From IMG/VR virus record IMGVR_UViG_3300005326_000044, positions 1 to 64,000 of that record: a stretch of 64,000 nt of DNA, one strand, 5' to 3'. Under the pieces are notes generated by a model, which ran no database searches, was not told the origin of the DNA, and saw only the letters and a program-made list of their open reading frames with translations. Source of the DNA: a virus. This document shows, in pieces, positions 1 to 11,740 of the stretch. The translations under genes and the position numbers were made by a program. Every line of letters begins with the position of its first letter. Within the stretch, counting starts at the first letter, position 1.

Positions 1-290
1 GTTTCACTGGGCCGCAAGGTAATATTGGTCCAACTGGACCGACTGGTCCAACAGGTTATACTGGCTACACTGGTTTTACTGGACCAACTGGTTACACTGG
101 TTTCACTGGGCCGCAAGGTAATGTTGGTCCAACTGGACCGACTGGTCCAACAGGTTATACTGGCTACACTGGTTTTACTGGACCAACTGGTTACACTGGT
201 TTTACTGGGCCGCAAGGTAATATTGGTCCAACTGGACCGACTGGTCCAACAGGTTATACTGGTTATACTGGCTATACAGGACCAACTGGT
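1..290 (+). repeat. 99-bp tandem repeat (about 3 copies visible) encoding a 33-aa collagen unit
   Basis: gttt(c/t)actgggccgcaaggtaat recurs at 1, 100 and 199. Unit is approximately [33 protein letters not shown]. Confidence 0.9.
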
Positions 291-3200
291 TCTGCTGGTA
301 ATGGTTATACGCTTGGAGCTTCTACATATGCAACTGGATTTGGACAGGCTGTTGTTTCTTCATCTAATACAACCGCTATTAGACGAACACTAATTGGGTA
401 CGGCGCTGGAGCCTCACTTACAGATGGTGACGAGAACACACTCATTGGAGCGTACGCTGGTAATGCGCTTAGTACCGGTAATAACAACACATTTGTTGGA
501 GTTTATTCTGGCTATGTTGCACAAGGAACAAGCGACAATACTTTTGTTGGGTATTCAGCAGGATACCAATCAACATCGATTCAATCCGTTTACATTGGGT
601 ATAGAGCAGGTTATTGGAACAAATCTACAGGTGGTAATGGATATGGAAACGTTGCAATTGGTTACGATGCAATGTTGGGTGATGCTGTTACTTGTACGGC
701 TTACGCTAACATTGCGATTGGAATAAATGCAATAAAAGCCATTACAACAGGCCATGATAACGTTGGAATTGGAACTAACGCTGGTCAAGCATTAACTTCT
801 GGTGTAGGAAACCTATTTTTAGGATGGAGCGCTGGATTCAGTGTCACTACAACCAATCAAAATACGTTCCTTGGTCATAGTGCTGGGCTTAATTCCACTG
901 GCGAAAATAACGTTGGAATAGGATACAACGCGCTGAGCAATGCAACAAGCACTGCATCAGCAGCCATTGGCTCTGGTGCGGGTTCTGGACCAATGGAAAG
1001 CTCTGTTGCCATAGGCACTTCTGCTGGAAACGGTCAAGGTTTGTATAGCGCAATTTCCATTGGATATCTTACAGGCGGTGGTGATTCCACAGTATATATT
1101 GGCTTACAAGCTGGATACAATTCTCCAGGGCAAGGTAATGTTGGCATTGGTTATCAATCGGTATATGCGGCTAACGGAGCCGGTGGAATATACAATACTG
1201 GTATTGGTAAAAACACCTTAACGTATATTGGGTCTGGAGCTAACCATAACACTGCTATAGGCAATGAATCGCAGTATCTATTAACAACAGGCACAAGAAA
1301 TACAAGCATCGGAGCAGGATCATTAAGAACAGCTACAGTTGCTGTTGATAATGTGGCTATTGGATACAACGCACTATACAATTCAAGTCCAGCAGCAACA
1401 GATGGATACAATACAGCGGTAGGTTCACAAGCGCTTTATACAACAACAAATGCAAGTCAAAATACTGCTATTGGATACAAGTCACTTTATACAAGCAACA
1501 GCAGTGGAAATACGGCTGTTGGATATCTTGCATTAACTGCAACATCATCGGGTGGAGCAAACACCGCTGTTGGCACAAGTGCTGGTACAGCCAATGCGGG
1601 CGGTCTTTACAATACTTTTGTTGGATATAGTGCTGGTGCAACAAGCGTTAGCGCTAATAGTGTAACGGCAATTGGCTCTGAAGCTCTGGAAGTTAATACT
1701 GGCGACTATAACACTGCGGTAGGAGCCCAAGCATTAAATGCAAATACAACAGCAGCCGAAAACGTTGCAATAGGATATCAAGCAGGATTAAGTATTCAAG
1801 GGGGCGGTCAAAACGTCCTAATTGGAGCCAAAGCTGGCGACGGCATAGTATCACAAGACATGAACGTTGTTATTGGGTACAACGCTTTAGCTGGAGACCG
1901 ATATAACAACGTAGTAATTGGACATAGTGCCGCGCAAGGTTATTTAGATTCTAGTGTTGTTATTGGTTCTGGTGCTTGCGCAAATACAGGTGGAGGCGAC
2001 ACTGTTGTTGTTATTGGTTATAATGCAAGTTCATGTTCGGTTGGAACAAACAACGTAGCTGTTGGAAATAATGCATTGTTTGGCGCAAGCGCTGGTGTAA
2101 GTTCTAGTAACAACACCGCTGTTGGTGCCAACACGTTGTATTCAATCAATAGTACGTCTACTGACAACACTGCTGTTGGAAATGCTGCTGGTCTAAATAT
2201 ATCAAGCGGTGTGCATAATACTTTGGTTGGCAGCAATACTGGTGTGGGTATTACTTCTACTTCCTATAACGTAGCTGTAGGAAATTATACCCTTCAAACT
2301 TCCAACACAAATCGATCTGGTCAAGTTGCTGTTGGTTATTATGCTGGAAGACTGACTGCGCCTGGATCAGCTGACGCAAGTGTTTATATAGGGCAATATG
2401 CGGGCGAACAAAGCGGAGCAGGAATCAATCGAGTTTATATCGGAGATGGAGTTGGTAGGTATGCGACCGGCGGTTACAACACATTCATTAATGCCGCCTC
2501 AGGCGCGGGCGTAATTAGTGGTACTTCCAACGTAGCCATTGGAGTATATAGCTTAACTGTCGCAAATACAATGTCTACTGGCAATAACGTTGCCGTTGGA
2601 ACATACTGTCTAACATCGGGCAATGCTACGCCAGCGATGGATTCAAACGTAGCAATTGGAACCAGCGTGCTCTATACGCCAACTGCTTCTATGTCTAACG
2701 CATCTCACAATATCGGTATTGGAAGAGCTATCGGTAACAAGATTACAACAGGCACTTACAACATCTTATTAGGTGAAACTGTTGCGGGTGAGCTTACTTC
2801 TGGTACGAACAACGTATTAATTGGACAAGAAACAGGCATAAAACTCGCAACTACCAGCTATAACGTTGGAGCGGGCTATCAAGCAATCTATTCGCCAACG
2901 GGCGAAAAGAACATCGCTCTTGGGTATAGAGCCCTTCATGGTGCTGCAACATCTTCTGCTCAATTGAATATTGCTATTGGCGCTGATTCATTGTTTGCTG
3001 TAACTACTGCGCGAGACAACGTTGCTATTGGTAACAATGTTGGCACAGCAATTACATCCGGTCAATTCAACACGATGATTGGCACTGGAGCCTGCAACGC
3101 TCTTACAGAAGGCATTTACAATGTTGCAATGGGCGCGGGCACATTGTATTCTACAACCACCGGAGATTACAACGTAGCTCTTGGGTATAGTGCAATAGAT

Positions 3201-6200
3201 TTGGGTGGCACAGACGTATCTTATTCCATTGCAATAGGACACTATGCCGCCAGAAGAGTTCCAAGTCATGTTATTGCTATAGGTAACTGGGCATTTGGAA
3301 ATGGAACAAATTATCGCGGTGGTAGAGCAAGTATTGCTATTGGGCATGAAGCTGGGTATCAACTTGGTGTTACAGAATCTTCAGATGGATACAATATTCT
3401 GATTGGAAGTCGTGCCGGTTATGGCGGAAACTCTGGAGACCCGAGACATAACATTGGTGTTGGAAGAGAAACGCTTTATGCTTTAACTACAGGTTTAGAC
3501 AACATTGCTATGGGTCAAAGCGCTGGAACCTCGATTGCTTCTGGCAAAGAAAATGTTCTGATAGGAAAACTTGCTGGCGCACCATATACCGGCGATTACA
3601 TGGTTGCGATTGGCTCTGGTGCTTTGAAATCTGCGGTAACTAGTGTTTGGGGCAGCACCGCAACAGGATTTGAAGCACTTTATAACGCAAACGGAGTGTA
3701 TGATGCTAGCACTCCAGGTGAGTGCGCCTATAACACGGCGGATGGTTATTGGGCATTGAGAGGGCTTGGTGTAGGTTTAGGCGTAGATGAAGTGTCTTCT
3801 GGCAACACTGCTGTTGGATTTAGAGCGGCATATAGAATTTTTGGAGTCAGCGAAGGAAACACTGTTGTTGGAACGAATGCTTTGGCCGGTAACGGACGCG
3901 ATGTAAGTTTCAACACATCTATAGGAGCTAACAATCTTTCTTCTTGCACAGGATCAAACAACACATCCGTAGGTTACAATTCATTGTTCTTTTTATTGGC
4001 CGCCGGATATAACGTAGCTATTGGAAACAATGCTGGAGTATATTCGAGATATGAACAAAGAAACGTTTTTATTGGAAATGAAGCAGGAACATATTTAAAT
4101 AACACCGGAGCAAGTTTAGCTTATGATACAGAGAACACAATTGTTGGTTATCAAGCGGGAAGAGGAGTGTATAATACGACAACCTATAAACATTGCGTTG
4201 CCGTTGGTGCGTACGCTTTAAATACTCTTACTTCTGGAATTTGGAACACAGCAACCGGAACTGAGGCTTTACGATCAATTACTACTGCATCACACAACTC
4301 AGCAGATGGATATGCTGCGCTTAAGGTCGCAACTTCTAGCTTTAACGCCGCAACAGGCTCGCTAGCTTTAGTTGGTCTTACTTCTGGAGCAAGCAATACT
4401 GCGGATGGTTATTGCTCTCTTGGTAGAATAACAACTGTTGGCAACCATACTGCTCTGGGTTGTAAGGCTGGATATTCAATCACGGCGGGAGACTATAGTA
4501 TCGCAATTGGTTCTGAAGCAATGGCTGGAGGAGGTTTAACTTATTCAGTTACAGGCAGTAACAATATTGCTATTGGTCAAGGAGCAATCGCTGTTGGTGG
4601 AGCAACTCTATCTGGCGGCGAAAATATTGCAATTGGTCATAATGCGTTAGATGCTGGAACTTCCGCTGCAAATAACGTTGCAATTGGACAAGATGCCGCC
4701 GGAACAGTTACATCCGGCACTCATAACGTTGCGATTGGTACGGGGGCTATAAATGGTGGGACAACTACTGGTTCATATAACGTTGCGGCCGGATATCATA
4801 CGCTTGATGCCGGAACCAGCGCCGCTTATACCGTTGCAATTGGTTATGATGCTGCTGGCACAGTAACTTCAGCAAGCGACACTATCGCAATAGGCAGAGG
4901 CGCAGTTAATGGTGCGGCAACGACTGGAGCAGACAATATAGGAATTGGTCGAGCCACTTTAGCAGCGCTTACTGATGGCACATATAATATTGCTATTGGA
5001 TATGCTGCTGGAGACGCCTTAAACACGGCAGACGGAAATATCGCAATTGGATATCTTGCTCTTACAGGAGCTACAGGTGGAGCAGGAACAGAAGCAGACA
5101 AGAATGTGGCTATTGGGTATACTGCTGGAGGAAGCATTTCAACTGCTAGCAACTGTATTGCTATTGGTAATGATGCAATGTATGGCGCTACAGTAACCGG
5201 AAATGAAAATATTGCGATTGGTTTATCAACACTTGACGCTGCTACCAGCGCGGCAAATTGTATTGCTATTGGCTCTAACGCTTGTGGAACGGTAACAACG
5301 GGCGGTAACAGCATAGGTATTGGTAACGGGGCTATGAACGGTGGCGCGGTAACTGGAAATGAAAATATTGCAATAGGTATATCAGCGCTTGATGCCGTTA
5401 CAAGCGGAATACAATCAGTTGCTATTGGTTCAAACGCTTGCGGAACAGTAACGTCAGCTAGTTACAGCATAGGAATTGGTGTTGGCGCCATGAATGGCGC
5501 AACAACAACCGGCAATGATAACATTGCCATTGGTCGTGATGCTCTTAATGCTGTCACTAATGGTATTGGAAACGTTGCTATTGGATACGATGCTCTAGGG
5601 GCTATGGTTGGCGGCACGAGCGCCCAAGGTTACTATAACGTAGCCGTTGGGTATCAAGCCGGTAATGCAATTACGACCGGGTATTACAACGTTTGCATTG
5701 GTGTAAATGCTGACGTTGCTGCTGGAAACTATGGTTGTATTGCTATTGGTGAAACGGCTATTTGTGACGCCACAACTGCCGCTTACAACAAAATACAGCT
5801 TGGTAACGGCACAAATGGGCGTGCAGCCAACACTTTACAGGTGGGAAGCGGTTCTCATTCTTGTTATGCTTTTGCGTGGACACCAACATCAGATGGCAGA
5901 TTAAAGAAAGATATTGTTGATATTGAATATGGGCTTTCGCTGATTGAAGCGTTGCGTCCAGTAAGTTTCAATTGGAAAAATCCAGGCAATGAAATTCAAG
6001 CTAGACCACATTTTGGTTTGATTGCTCAGGAAGTCAAAGCCACCATGTTAGGTATGGGCATACCGCCACACGGCGTTTATACAGATGAAGAAAAAGCCGA
6101 CTGGGCATTAAGTTATGATGGTCTAGTTGCTCCTCTTATCAAAGCCGTTCAAGAGCTTTCTTCTCAAGTCAAGGAACTTCAAGCTGAAGTATCTGAACTT

Positions 6201-6221
6201 CGCAAGAAAAACAACACCTAA
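3..6221 (+). CDS. Giant trimeric fibre protein, 5'-partial: collagen-like G-X-T region, long AIG/VG beta-roll (YadA-head-like) repeat shaft, C-terminal peptidase S74 intramolecular chaperone
   Basis: The frame of ORF 672..6221 is open back to base 3 ([24 protein letters not shown]...SAGNGYTLG...NVAIGYDAM). It has dozens of N-x-A-I-G repeats. The C-terminus [10 protein letters not shown]...LRPVSFNWK...HFGLIAQEV...[15 protein letters not shown] is the canonical S74 chaperone, with the S-D cleavage site at 5889-5894. Confidence 0.85.
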   Translation, partial: FTGPQGNIGPTGPTGPTGYTGYTGFTGPTGYTGFTGPQGNVGPTGPTGPTGYTGYTGFTGPTGYTGFTGPQGNIGPTGPTGPTGYTGYTGYTGPTGSAGNGYTLGASTYATGFGQAVVSSSNTTAIRRTLIGYGAGASLTDGDENTLIGAYAGNALSTGNNNTFVGVYSGYVAQGTSDNTFVGYSAGYQSTSIQSVYIGYRAGYWNKSTGGNGYGNVAIGYDAMLGDAVTCTAYANIAIGINAIKAITTGHDNVGIGTNAGQALTSGVGNLFLGWSAGFSVTTTNQNTFLGHSAGLNSTGENNVGIGYNALSNATSTASAAIGSGAGSGPMESSVAIGTSAGNGQGLYSAISIGYLTGGGDSTVYIGLQAGYNSPGQGNVGIGYQSVYAANGAGGIYNTGIGKNTLTYIGSGANHNTAIGNESQYLLTTGTRNTSIGAGSLRTATVAVDNVAIGYNALYNSSPAATDGYNTAVGSQALYTTTNASQNTAIGYKSLYTSNSSGNTAVGYLALTATSSGGANTAVGTSAGTANAGGLYNTFVGYSAGATSVSANSVTAIGSEALEVNTGDYNTAVGAQALNANTTAAENVAIGYQAGLSIQGGGQNVLIGAKAGDGIVSQDMNVVIGYNALAGDRYNNVVIGHSAAQGYLDSSVVIGSGACANTGGGDTVVVIGYNASSCSVGTNNVAVGNNALFGASAGVSSSNNTAVGANTLYSINSTSTDNTAVGNAAGLNISSGVHNTLVGSNTGVGITSTSYNVAVGNYTLQTSNTNRSGQVAVGYYAGRLTAPGSADASVYIGQYAGEQSGAGINRVYIGDGVGRYATGGYNTFINAASGAGVISGTSNVAIGVYSLTVANTMSTGNNVAVGTYCLTSGNATPAMDSNVAIGTSVLYTPTASMSNASHNIGIGRAIGNKITTGTYNILLGETVAGELTSGTNNVLIGQETGIKLATTSYNVGAGYQAIYSPTGEKNIALGYRALHGAATSSAQLNIAIGADSLFAVTTARDNVAIGNNVGTAITSGQFNTMIGTGACNALTEGIYNVAMGAGTLYSTTTGDYNVALGYSAIDLGGTDVSYSIAIGHYAARRVPSHVIAIGNWAFGNGTNYRGGRASIAIGHEAGYQLGVTESSDGYNILIGSRAGYGGNSGDPRHNIGVGRETLYALTTGLDNIAMGQSAGTSIASGKENVLIGKLAGAPYTGDYMVAIGSGALKSAVTSVWGSTATGFEALYNANGVYDASTPGECAYNTADGYWALRGLGVGLGVDEVSSGNTAVGFRAAYRIFGVSEGNTVVGTNALAGNGRDVSFNTSIGANNLSSCTGSNNTSVGYNSLFFLLAAGYNVAIGNNAGVYSRYEQRNVFIGNEAGTYLNNTGASLAYDTENTIVGYQAGRGVYNTTTYKHCVAVGAYALNTLTSGIWNTATGTEALRSITTASHNSADGYAALKVATSSFNAATGSLALVGLTSGASNTADGYCSLGRITTVGNHTALGCKAGYSITAGDYSIAIGSEAMAGGGLTYSVTGSNNIAIGQGAIAVGGATLSGGENIAIGHNALDAGTSAANNVAIGQDAAGTVTSGTHNVAIGTGAINGGTTTGSYNVAAGYHTLDAGTSAAYTVAIGYDAAGTVTSASDTIAIGRGAVNGAATTGADNIGIGRATLAALTDGTYNIAIGYAAGDALNTADGNIAIGYLALTGATGGAGTEADKNVAIGYTAGGSISTASNCIAIGNDAMYGATVTGNENIAIGLSTLDAATSAANCIAIGSNACGTVTTGGNSIGIGNGAMNGGAVTGNENIAIGISALDAVTSGIQSVAIGSNACGTVTSASYSIGIGVGAMNGATTTGNDNIAIGRDALNAVTNGIGNVAIGYDALGAMVGGTSAQGYYNVAVGYQAGNAITTGYYNVCIGVNADVAAGNYGCIAIGETAICDATTAAYNKIQLGNGTNGRAANTLQVGSGSHSCYAFAWTPTSDGRLKKDIVDIEYGLSLIEALRPVSFNWKNPGNEIQARPHFGLIAQEVKATMLGMGIPPHGVYTDEEKADWALSYDGLVAPLIKAVQELSSQVKELQAEVSELRKKNNT
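4600..5600 (+). repeat. Degenerate 156-bp (52-aa; 17+17+18) higher-order repeats in the fibre shaft
   Basis: ggaaatgaaaatattgc occurs at 5199 and 5355. Protein units resemble [15 protein letters not shown]...AIG..A.GTVT....IGIG.GA.NG, about 6 copies. Confidence 0.75.
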
Positions 6222-6239
6222 TAAATTCATATCTAGTTG

Positions 6240-7805
6240 ATGACTAGTTGTGCAAAAATTCGACCAAATTTTGCCACACCAACGCACCAAGGAATATCTT
6301 GGGGTTCGAGCTTAGGTGATGGTTACACTATTGTACTGCGGTGGGATACAGCTTATTCGAGTTACTCAGGCTATTCGGTTGGTTACAATGTTTACTTTTC
6401 CACTAACATTTCTGATGTATTTTTAGAGGGACCAAAGTTTTTTACAAGAGATCAAACGGTCAATATATCTCAGTTTGCTCCAGGTGACCTTACACATTTT
6501 GCCGTAAGGGCAACTCTGTATAACCCAATCGACCTAGATCTCACAAGATTAACTCAGGCTTCTACCGCTACTAGCTCTTATATTTATCCAGAAACAGTTT
6601 TGGTCGAAAGCATTTCGGAAACTACTGGAATTATTCCGGTAATGGATTTAACGGATATTCCAGATTTTGGAATAATTAAAATAGGTTCAGAGCTTATTTC
6701 TTATACGGCTGTTGATAGAGTTAACAATTTGCTTCTAACGACTGTTGATCGTCGAGGATATTATGGCACAACAGCGGAGCCACATACTCTTGATGCCCAA
6801 AGTGATTCAACCGTTAAATTTTATCAAGGGGCTGAAGAGGAAAACGAGTTTATTGTCAGTGTCGTACCAGAATTTCATTATCCTTATTATGCTTATACGA
6901 CAGCAGATGGATACAAGCAAGTTACTAATGACATTCTTACAACTAATTTAACGGTTTCCGATGCGGACAACGTAGATTTTCCAAGATACGACTATACCGG
7001 ATATCACATGACCAATATGGAGGATTATTTCTCAGGGCATTGTCTTGGTAGCTATACAGGCGGAGAATATGGTTGTGCTGATGGCTATAAGCTTCGCGGA
7101 TTGAATTTACAGGAATCTAACCTTCAACGCTTGGAAATGTTGCTTCAAGTGACTGGAGAGCCAGTTGTCCTTATCAGAAGACGATGGACTGGAATTCGTT
7201 GTCGATGTTTGAGAGCTTCTGTGGAATCTGCTGAGGCAAGATGTCCAATTTGTCTTGGGACGGGTTTTGTTGGAGGCTATGAACAATATTATAACCCAAG
7301 ACGTTCGGACGGACGTTTGATGATAAGGTTTGAGCCAACAACGGATGACCTTCAATATAAAGAAAAAGGGTATGAACAAAGCTTTAATCCAAATTGTTGG
7401 ACAATTACTGTTCCGGCGTTGAAAGACAGAGATGTCCTTATTCGCTTCAACCAGGATGGAACGGAAGAGTTTCGTTATGAAATATTAAATGTAAATAGGA
7501 ATAAATTACTGTTTTCGCTTTCTGGCTCCCAGAAATTTCAAACTGCAAGACTAGATAAAACCGACATTATCTATCAGTGGAGAGCTTTTAGAAATACAGC
7601 TACGATGCCAAGGAAAATCATGACCACAGCTAGTACTTTAGCTGGGCATGGGCCTCACCTTCATGAAATTGTGGTAAATGAAAACGTTACCAGTTTATCA
7701 CAGATAAATCAAACTACAGCGGTCTCAGCTGGACATCAACATCCCATCATAAATGGTGTAGTTCAAGCGGTGCTTGGACACAGCCATGACATTGTGATTG
7801 TTTAG
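6240..7805 (+). CDS. Putative neck/head-completion protein with Fn3-like N-terminus, Cys4 zinc-finger motif and His-rich tail
   Basis: GEPVVLIRRRWTGIRCRC...RCPICLGTGFVGGY resembles neck proteins of large myophages. The N-terminus has LRWD...VGYNVY; the C-terminus has HLH/HQH/HSH. The start could also be TTG at 6237. Confidence 0.5.
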   Translation: MTSCAKIRPNFATPTHQGISWGSSLGDGYTIVLRWDTAYSSYSGYSVGYNVYFSTNISDVFLEGPKFFTRDQTVNISQFAPGDLTHFAVRATLYNPIDLDLTRLTQASTATSSYIYPETVLVESISETTGIIPVMDLTDIPDFGIIKIGSELISYTAVDRVNNLLLTTVDRRGYYGTTAEPHTLDAQSDSTVKFYQGAEEENEFIVSVVPEFHYPYYAYTTADGYKQVTNDILTTNLTVSDADNVDFPRYDYTGYHMTNMEDYFSGHCLGSYTGGEYGCADGYKLRGLNLQESNLQRLEMLLQVTGEPVVLIRRRWTGIRCRCLRASVESAEARCPICLGTGFVGGYEQYYNPRRSDGRLMIRFEPTTDDLQYKEKGYEQSFNPNCWTITVPALKDRDVLIRFNQDGTEEFRYEILNVNRNKLLFSLSGSQKFQTARLDKTDIIYQWRAFRNTATMPRKIMTTASTLAGHGPHLHEIVVNENVTSLSQINQTTAVSAGHQHPIINGVVQAVLGHSHDIVIV

Positions 7806-7857
7806 TTGTTAGATTACGCATAACGCAGCATTAATCAGGACAGGAGCAACTAAAATC

Positions 7858-10800
7858 ATGCCTAGGCTACCTTTTATCGGTTCAGGAAATACGCTTCAAG
7901 GGAACGGTGAATTAGCCGTTCGCAAACAAGATTTTGTGTCTCACGCTGAAGGCGGTGGATTCAGACATACAGCTGATCAAATTGACATGAATCCGCCTTT
8001 GAGTGTGGCGCCAAACTATAGAACCGTTCAACAAACTTTAGAAAAAATCGAAAGTTATATCTTTGGGCGAGAGTACATCACGATTGGTGACGGAGTAGAT
8101 TCTACAGGTGACTACACTGTAGGTAGTACTGACACACCTACTGTTAATGATTGTATTACTGCTGCGGTTGCTTCTGGTAAATTAAATAAGGGAGGCTGGC
8201 TTTATTTCAAGCCTGGAGTTTTCAATTTTGATACTTCTGTGACTCTTCCTATGGGTGTATCAATTATTGGAAGCGCTGAATCATCTATTTTGAACGTTAC
8301 TCCGACGTTAGGAGCAACAGGTTTGCCGCTATTTACTGTTCCTGCGTCTTTCGACATTCAATTTGGTGAAAAATTAACAGCGCCAGCAGAACAATATAGA
8401 AGCGATGGGTACGGCGTAACTCGATTTGTCAATGTTACTTTTACTGATAATTTTGGAGCAAGTTATATCCCAGGACTTACTACTCCAAACTCTTGTTTCA
8501 TTAAGATGTTGCAAGATTCAAAAGTTAGTATAGAAGACTGTGTTGTTTTGGGCCGAGCCAAACATGGCGCTACTTCTGCTACGGCGTTAGCTTCTAATGC
8601 GTTTGTTATTTATGCTCCTGCATCTGCAGCTACTTATGGTAGCACACTGTCTATCAAAGATTGCGTTATTCATGGTGTTAAACAGGTTGTAAAATTTCTT
8701 GGCGATCAAACAAAATCAAACTTTTTTGAATTTAGGAATAATAGAGTTTGGTGTTTTAATACAAGCGACGCAACAAAATGGTATTTGAATCACGTTAATG
8801 CTTGTCCAACTCATGTAACCGGAAACTCTTTCAAATTTAGCAATATAAATGGGGCAAACAGCACAGTTCTAAGTGTATGTTTCAAGTTTTCTGGAGTGGC
8901 TGCAAGTTTGGTAAATATTGTTGTTCAGTCAAATACATTGGTAGATTCTCCAGATAATATCAATCATAAAAACCAGCTTTTTGAAATTGATTCTACGGCG
9001 GTTGGAAATATGATTCGTTGGAATGTTTCTGGAAACATATGCGGAAATATTTCTGATATGAACAGTTGGTATCTTGTTGTAGGCGATGGAGTTTATTCTA
9101 TTGGTGACCTCAATGGTCGAGATGTACTCAACGCTGTTTCCAATTATTCTCTTCAATTTCAAACACATATGAGTGAATTAGATGGCACAGCCGATCAAAT
9201 GACTTTATTTATTCGACCCGGCCAATATGTCATCAATAATACGTTCCATGAATGTGGTTTAGGAACAAAACTGATTGGTTTGATGGAGGGCGGTTATCTT
9301 CCTCAAATATCTTTCGACAATCCTACGGATGCTGCTAGTGCCTCAGGTGTAACATTAGATACATCTATGGTTAACGTAGCTTTGGGAAATCATATTGAAA
9401 ACTTGAATTTCTATTCTAGAGACCCTGTAAGAATCGTTGGATATTTAGCTACAAAAAACTTTCTTAATCAAGAATATTTTCAGGATTACTATTTGATTAA
9501 AAATTGTTGGTTCAAAAATGTTGGAATATATCCATGCACATTAACGGATGAAAATTATCTAACATCAGAATATCAAAACAAAGTAAAAATTGAAAATTGT
9601 CGCTTTGCGTCAAATGGTTCTGTAGCAGCAACTAAAATGCATGCTATTTTGATTAATAAAAGCAAAGCATTATTTGAGTTTAGAAACATTATTTTTGAGC
9701 GTGGAACATCGGCTTGGTACGGTTCTTTCTTATCTGAAAGGGATTCTGATGGTGATGTTTATACTCCAACTATCGTAATTGATAATTGTGATTTGTATAC
9801 GGCTGGCGCCACTTTACACACTACTGATGTTACAGATACTGATTTTATCAGCATTCCAAGATGTAAATCATTGTCAATTACAAACTCCAACATAGATGCA
9901 TCTGCTGTTCAATCACTCGTGTCTGTTATCAATGTTTCTGCGGTGGCTGATTCTGTCAACATTTCAGACTGTAAAATTGTTGGAGCAAACCTCGCGATAG
10001 AAAATGATGGTGGAGCAAGCACTGCAATTTCAGTGGTTACTGACGCTTGTCCTTTAATTAAAATTCACAACAATCATATTTCTAATGCTCCAGTAGGAAT
10101 ACTTGTTCGAATGGAAAACACCTCGGCAAACGCAATGTCTTCTAATATTTCTATAAATGGAAACATTGGTGTTTTTGGCAGCAAATCAACTTCTTTTGCT
10201 CAAATTAAATGGGGACAAAATCCAAATGATGACATTCGAGTAACCAACATAACAAACAATCAAATAGATTGTTCTAGCATAAATGTTGGAGACGCTTTAA
10301 TTTATCAAGGAGTAGCTGCAATTGACGCTGTTATAAATGTTTATGCGTTTGGAGATTATGTTACTAATACAATCACAAACATTACTAACAACATTATCTT
10401 TGGCGGACAAACACATCAGAATTTTGCTGCGCAAGCAATGATTTCTTCCAGAAACTGTAGAAAGACATATATTAACGGAAATCAAATCCGGATGCTTCGA
10501 GAGACTGATGTTGATGGTTATACGATTAGTTGTATGTCGCATAATGGGTCTGCTTACACTGTAGATGAGCACTCTCTTGCTGTTATTAAAGACAATTCAA
10601 TTAGGCTCACAAATAGTTTGGAACTTAGTTCTAAGATTATGATTCCGATTAATTGCCGTAACATTAATTTTGTTGACGTGCAAGGAAACACAATAGACAC
10701 GGCTAATACTTATCTGACGCATTATATTGCAGCAAACGCTCCTGTTGCTTATCCTGCGCCAATAGATGGGCTAGTTGTAAACAACATATTCAGCAAACCA

Positions 10801-11733
10801 TTAGCGTTTGAAATAACATATACAACATTAAATGGGAATACACTTAGATTTGGAGAAGAGCCCACTTCAACCAGAGAAGTTCTCATCACTTATGGTAATG
10901 GTACGTACGATAGTAGAATTCGTGCAGAAAACAATAAGAATCAAAAAGCTATAATAGATATTAACTGCACAGAATTCAAACAGTATGGTTTCAACATGCT
11001 GTCTGCGGTAGATGATAATACTCCGTCAAGAATTCTTCAACCGGCAGCCCTTATGTTAAAAAATACATTTGCTGCGGCTCACAGCACAAACTTGACAAAG
11101 ACAATGCAGCGTATGATCGACGTAGCTGGTCTTGTTCCGGGTGAAGGAGAAATTGGTTGGAGCGAATTGCCTGACGGTTTATACTACACAAACGTATGGA
11201 GAGACGGCTATGAAGGCGGCGACCCACAACTGGAATATTTGGATGGTGGAATACTTAAAGGGCATTACCAACATCAAATTATCATTCCAATGTCAAATTT
11301 GCCCGTTGGATGTCAGCTTGCAAACATAGATATCCCTATCTATTTCAAAAACAAACATAATGCACCTGTAACAGTAAGCGTTTCTGCGTCTTGGATTTTT
11401 GGTAACGATAGAATTAGACTAGGACTTACCGATGGTTATCAATACATTGATGACCCATCGTTGGCCGGAGAAGTTTGGAGACTAACCACCACAACGCTTG
11501 ACACTGGCGAAGAGACAATGGTGTTGATGAATAATCAACTGCTACAAAATAATGGGACATTTACGGTTACAAAAATTGCCAATGATTCCTGGGGGCCATC
11601 TTCAAGCACAAGAGTTATTCCTCGTCCAAACTCTTACATTCTACTTGCTATTGCTAGGACTAGCCCAGTACCAAGCACCGAAAAAACTTTGGGCTTCGCT
11701 ATACCGTTCGCAAGATTAACAGTTCTATACTAA
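7858..11733 (+). CDS. Large tailspike/fibre-like protein with parallel beta-helix (pectate-lyase-like) domains
   Basis: Duplicated (I/V)GDGV..(T/I)GD motif precedes F-K/R-PG-x-(F/Y) beta-helix openings. Many I.(D/N)C/I.NN repeats. GGAG RBS at ~7843. Confidence 0.55.
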   Translation: MPRLPFIGSGNTLQGNGELAVRKQDFVSHAEGGGFRHTADQIDMNPPLSVAPNYRTVQQTLEKIESYIFGREYITIGDGVDSTGDYTVGSTDTPTVNDCITAAVASGKLNKGGWLYFKPGVFNFDTSVTLPMGVSIIGSAESSILNVTPTLGATGLPLFTVPASFDIQFGEKLTAPAEQYRSDGYGVTRFVNVTFTDNFGASYIPGLTTPNSCFIKMLQDSKVSIEDCVVLGRAKHGATSATALASNAFVIYAPASAATYGSTLSIKDCVIHGVKQVVKFLGDQTKSNFFEFRNNRVWCFNTSDATKWYLNHVNACPTHVTGNSFKFSNINGANSTVLSVCFKFSGVAASLVNIVVQSNTLVDSPDNINHKNQLFEIDSTAVGNMIRWNVSGNICGNISDMNSWYLVVGDGVYSIGDLNGRDVLNAVSNYSLQFQTHMSELDGTADQMTLFIRPGQYVINNTFHECGLGTKLIGLMEGGYLPQISFDNPTDAASASGVTLDTSMVNVALGNHIENLNFYSRDPVRIVGYLATKNFLNQEYFQDYYLIKNCWFKNVGIYPCTLTDENYLTSEYQNKVKIENCRFASNGSVAATKMHAILINKSKALFEFRNIIFERGTSAWYGSFLSERDSDGDVYTPTIVIDNCDLYTAGATLHTTDVTDTDFISIPRCKSLSITNSNIDASAVQSLVSVINVSAVADSVNISDCKIVGANLAIENDGGASTAISVVTDACPLIKIHNNHISNAPVGILVRMENTSANAMSSNISINGNIGVFGSKSTSFAQIKWGQNPNDDIRVTNITNNQIDCSSINVGDALIYQGVAAIDAVINVYAFGDYVTNTITNITNNIIFGGQTHQNFAAQAMISSRNCRKTYINGNQIRMLRETDVDGYTISCMSHNGSAYTVDEHSLAVIKDNSIRLTNSLELSSKIMIPINCRNINFVDVQGNTIDTANTYLTHYIAANAPVAYPAPIDGLVVNNIFSKPLAFEITYTTLNGNTLRFGEEPTSTREVLITYGNGTYDSRIRAENNKNQKAIIDINCTEFKQYGFNMLSAVDDNTPSRILQPAALMLKNTFAAAHSTNLTKTMQRMIDVAGLVPGEGEIGWSELPDGLYYTNVWRDGYEGGDPQLEYLDGGILKGHYQHQIIIPMSNLPVGCQLANIDIPIYFKNKHNAPVTVSVSASWIFGNDRIRLGLTDGYQYIDDPSLAGEVWRLTTTTLDTGEETMVLMNNQLLQNNGTFTVTKIANDSWGPSSSTRVIPRPNSYILLAIARTSPVPSTEKTLGFAIPFARLTVLY

Positions 11734-11740
11734 AGGAAAA

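Noticed and set aside
1-290. Possible CRISPR array
   Set aside because: The repeats are contiguous, in-frame 99-bp coding units with no unique spacers.
25-726. ORFs 25..393 and 394..726 from the track
   Set aside because: They are off-frame shadows of the collagen/fibre gene, whose real frame (codons starting at base 3) is continuous with 672..6221.
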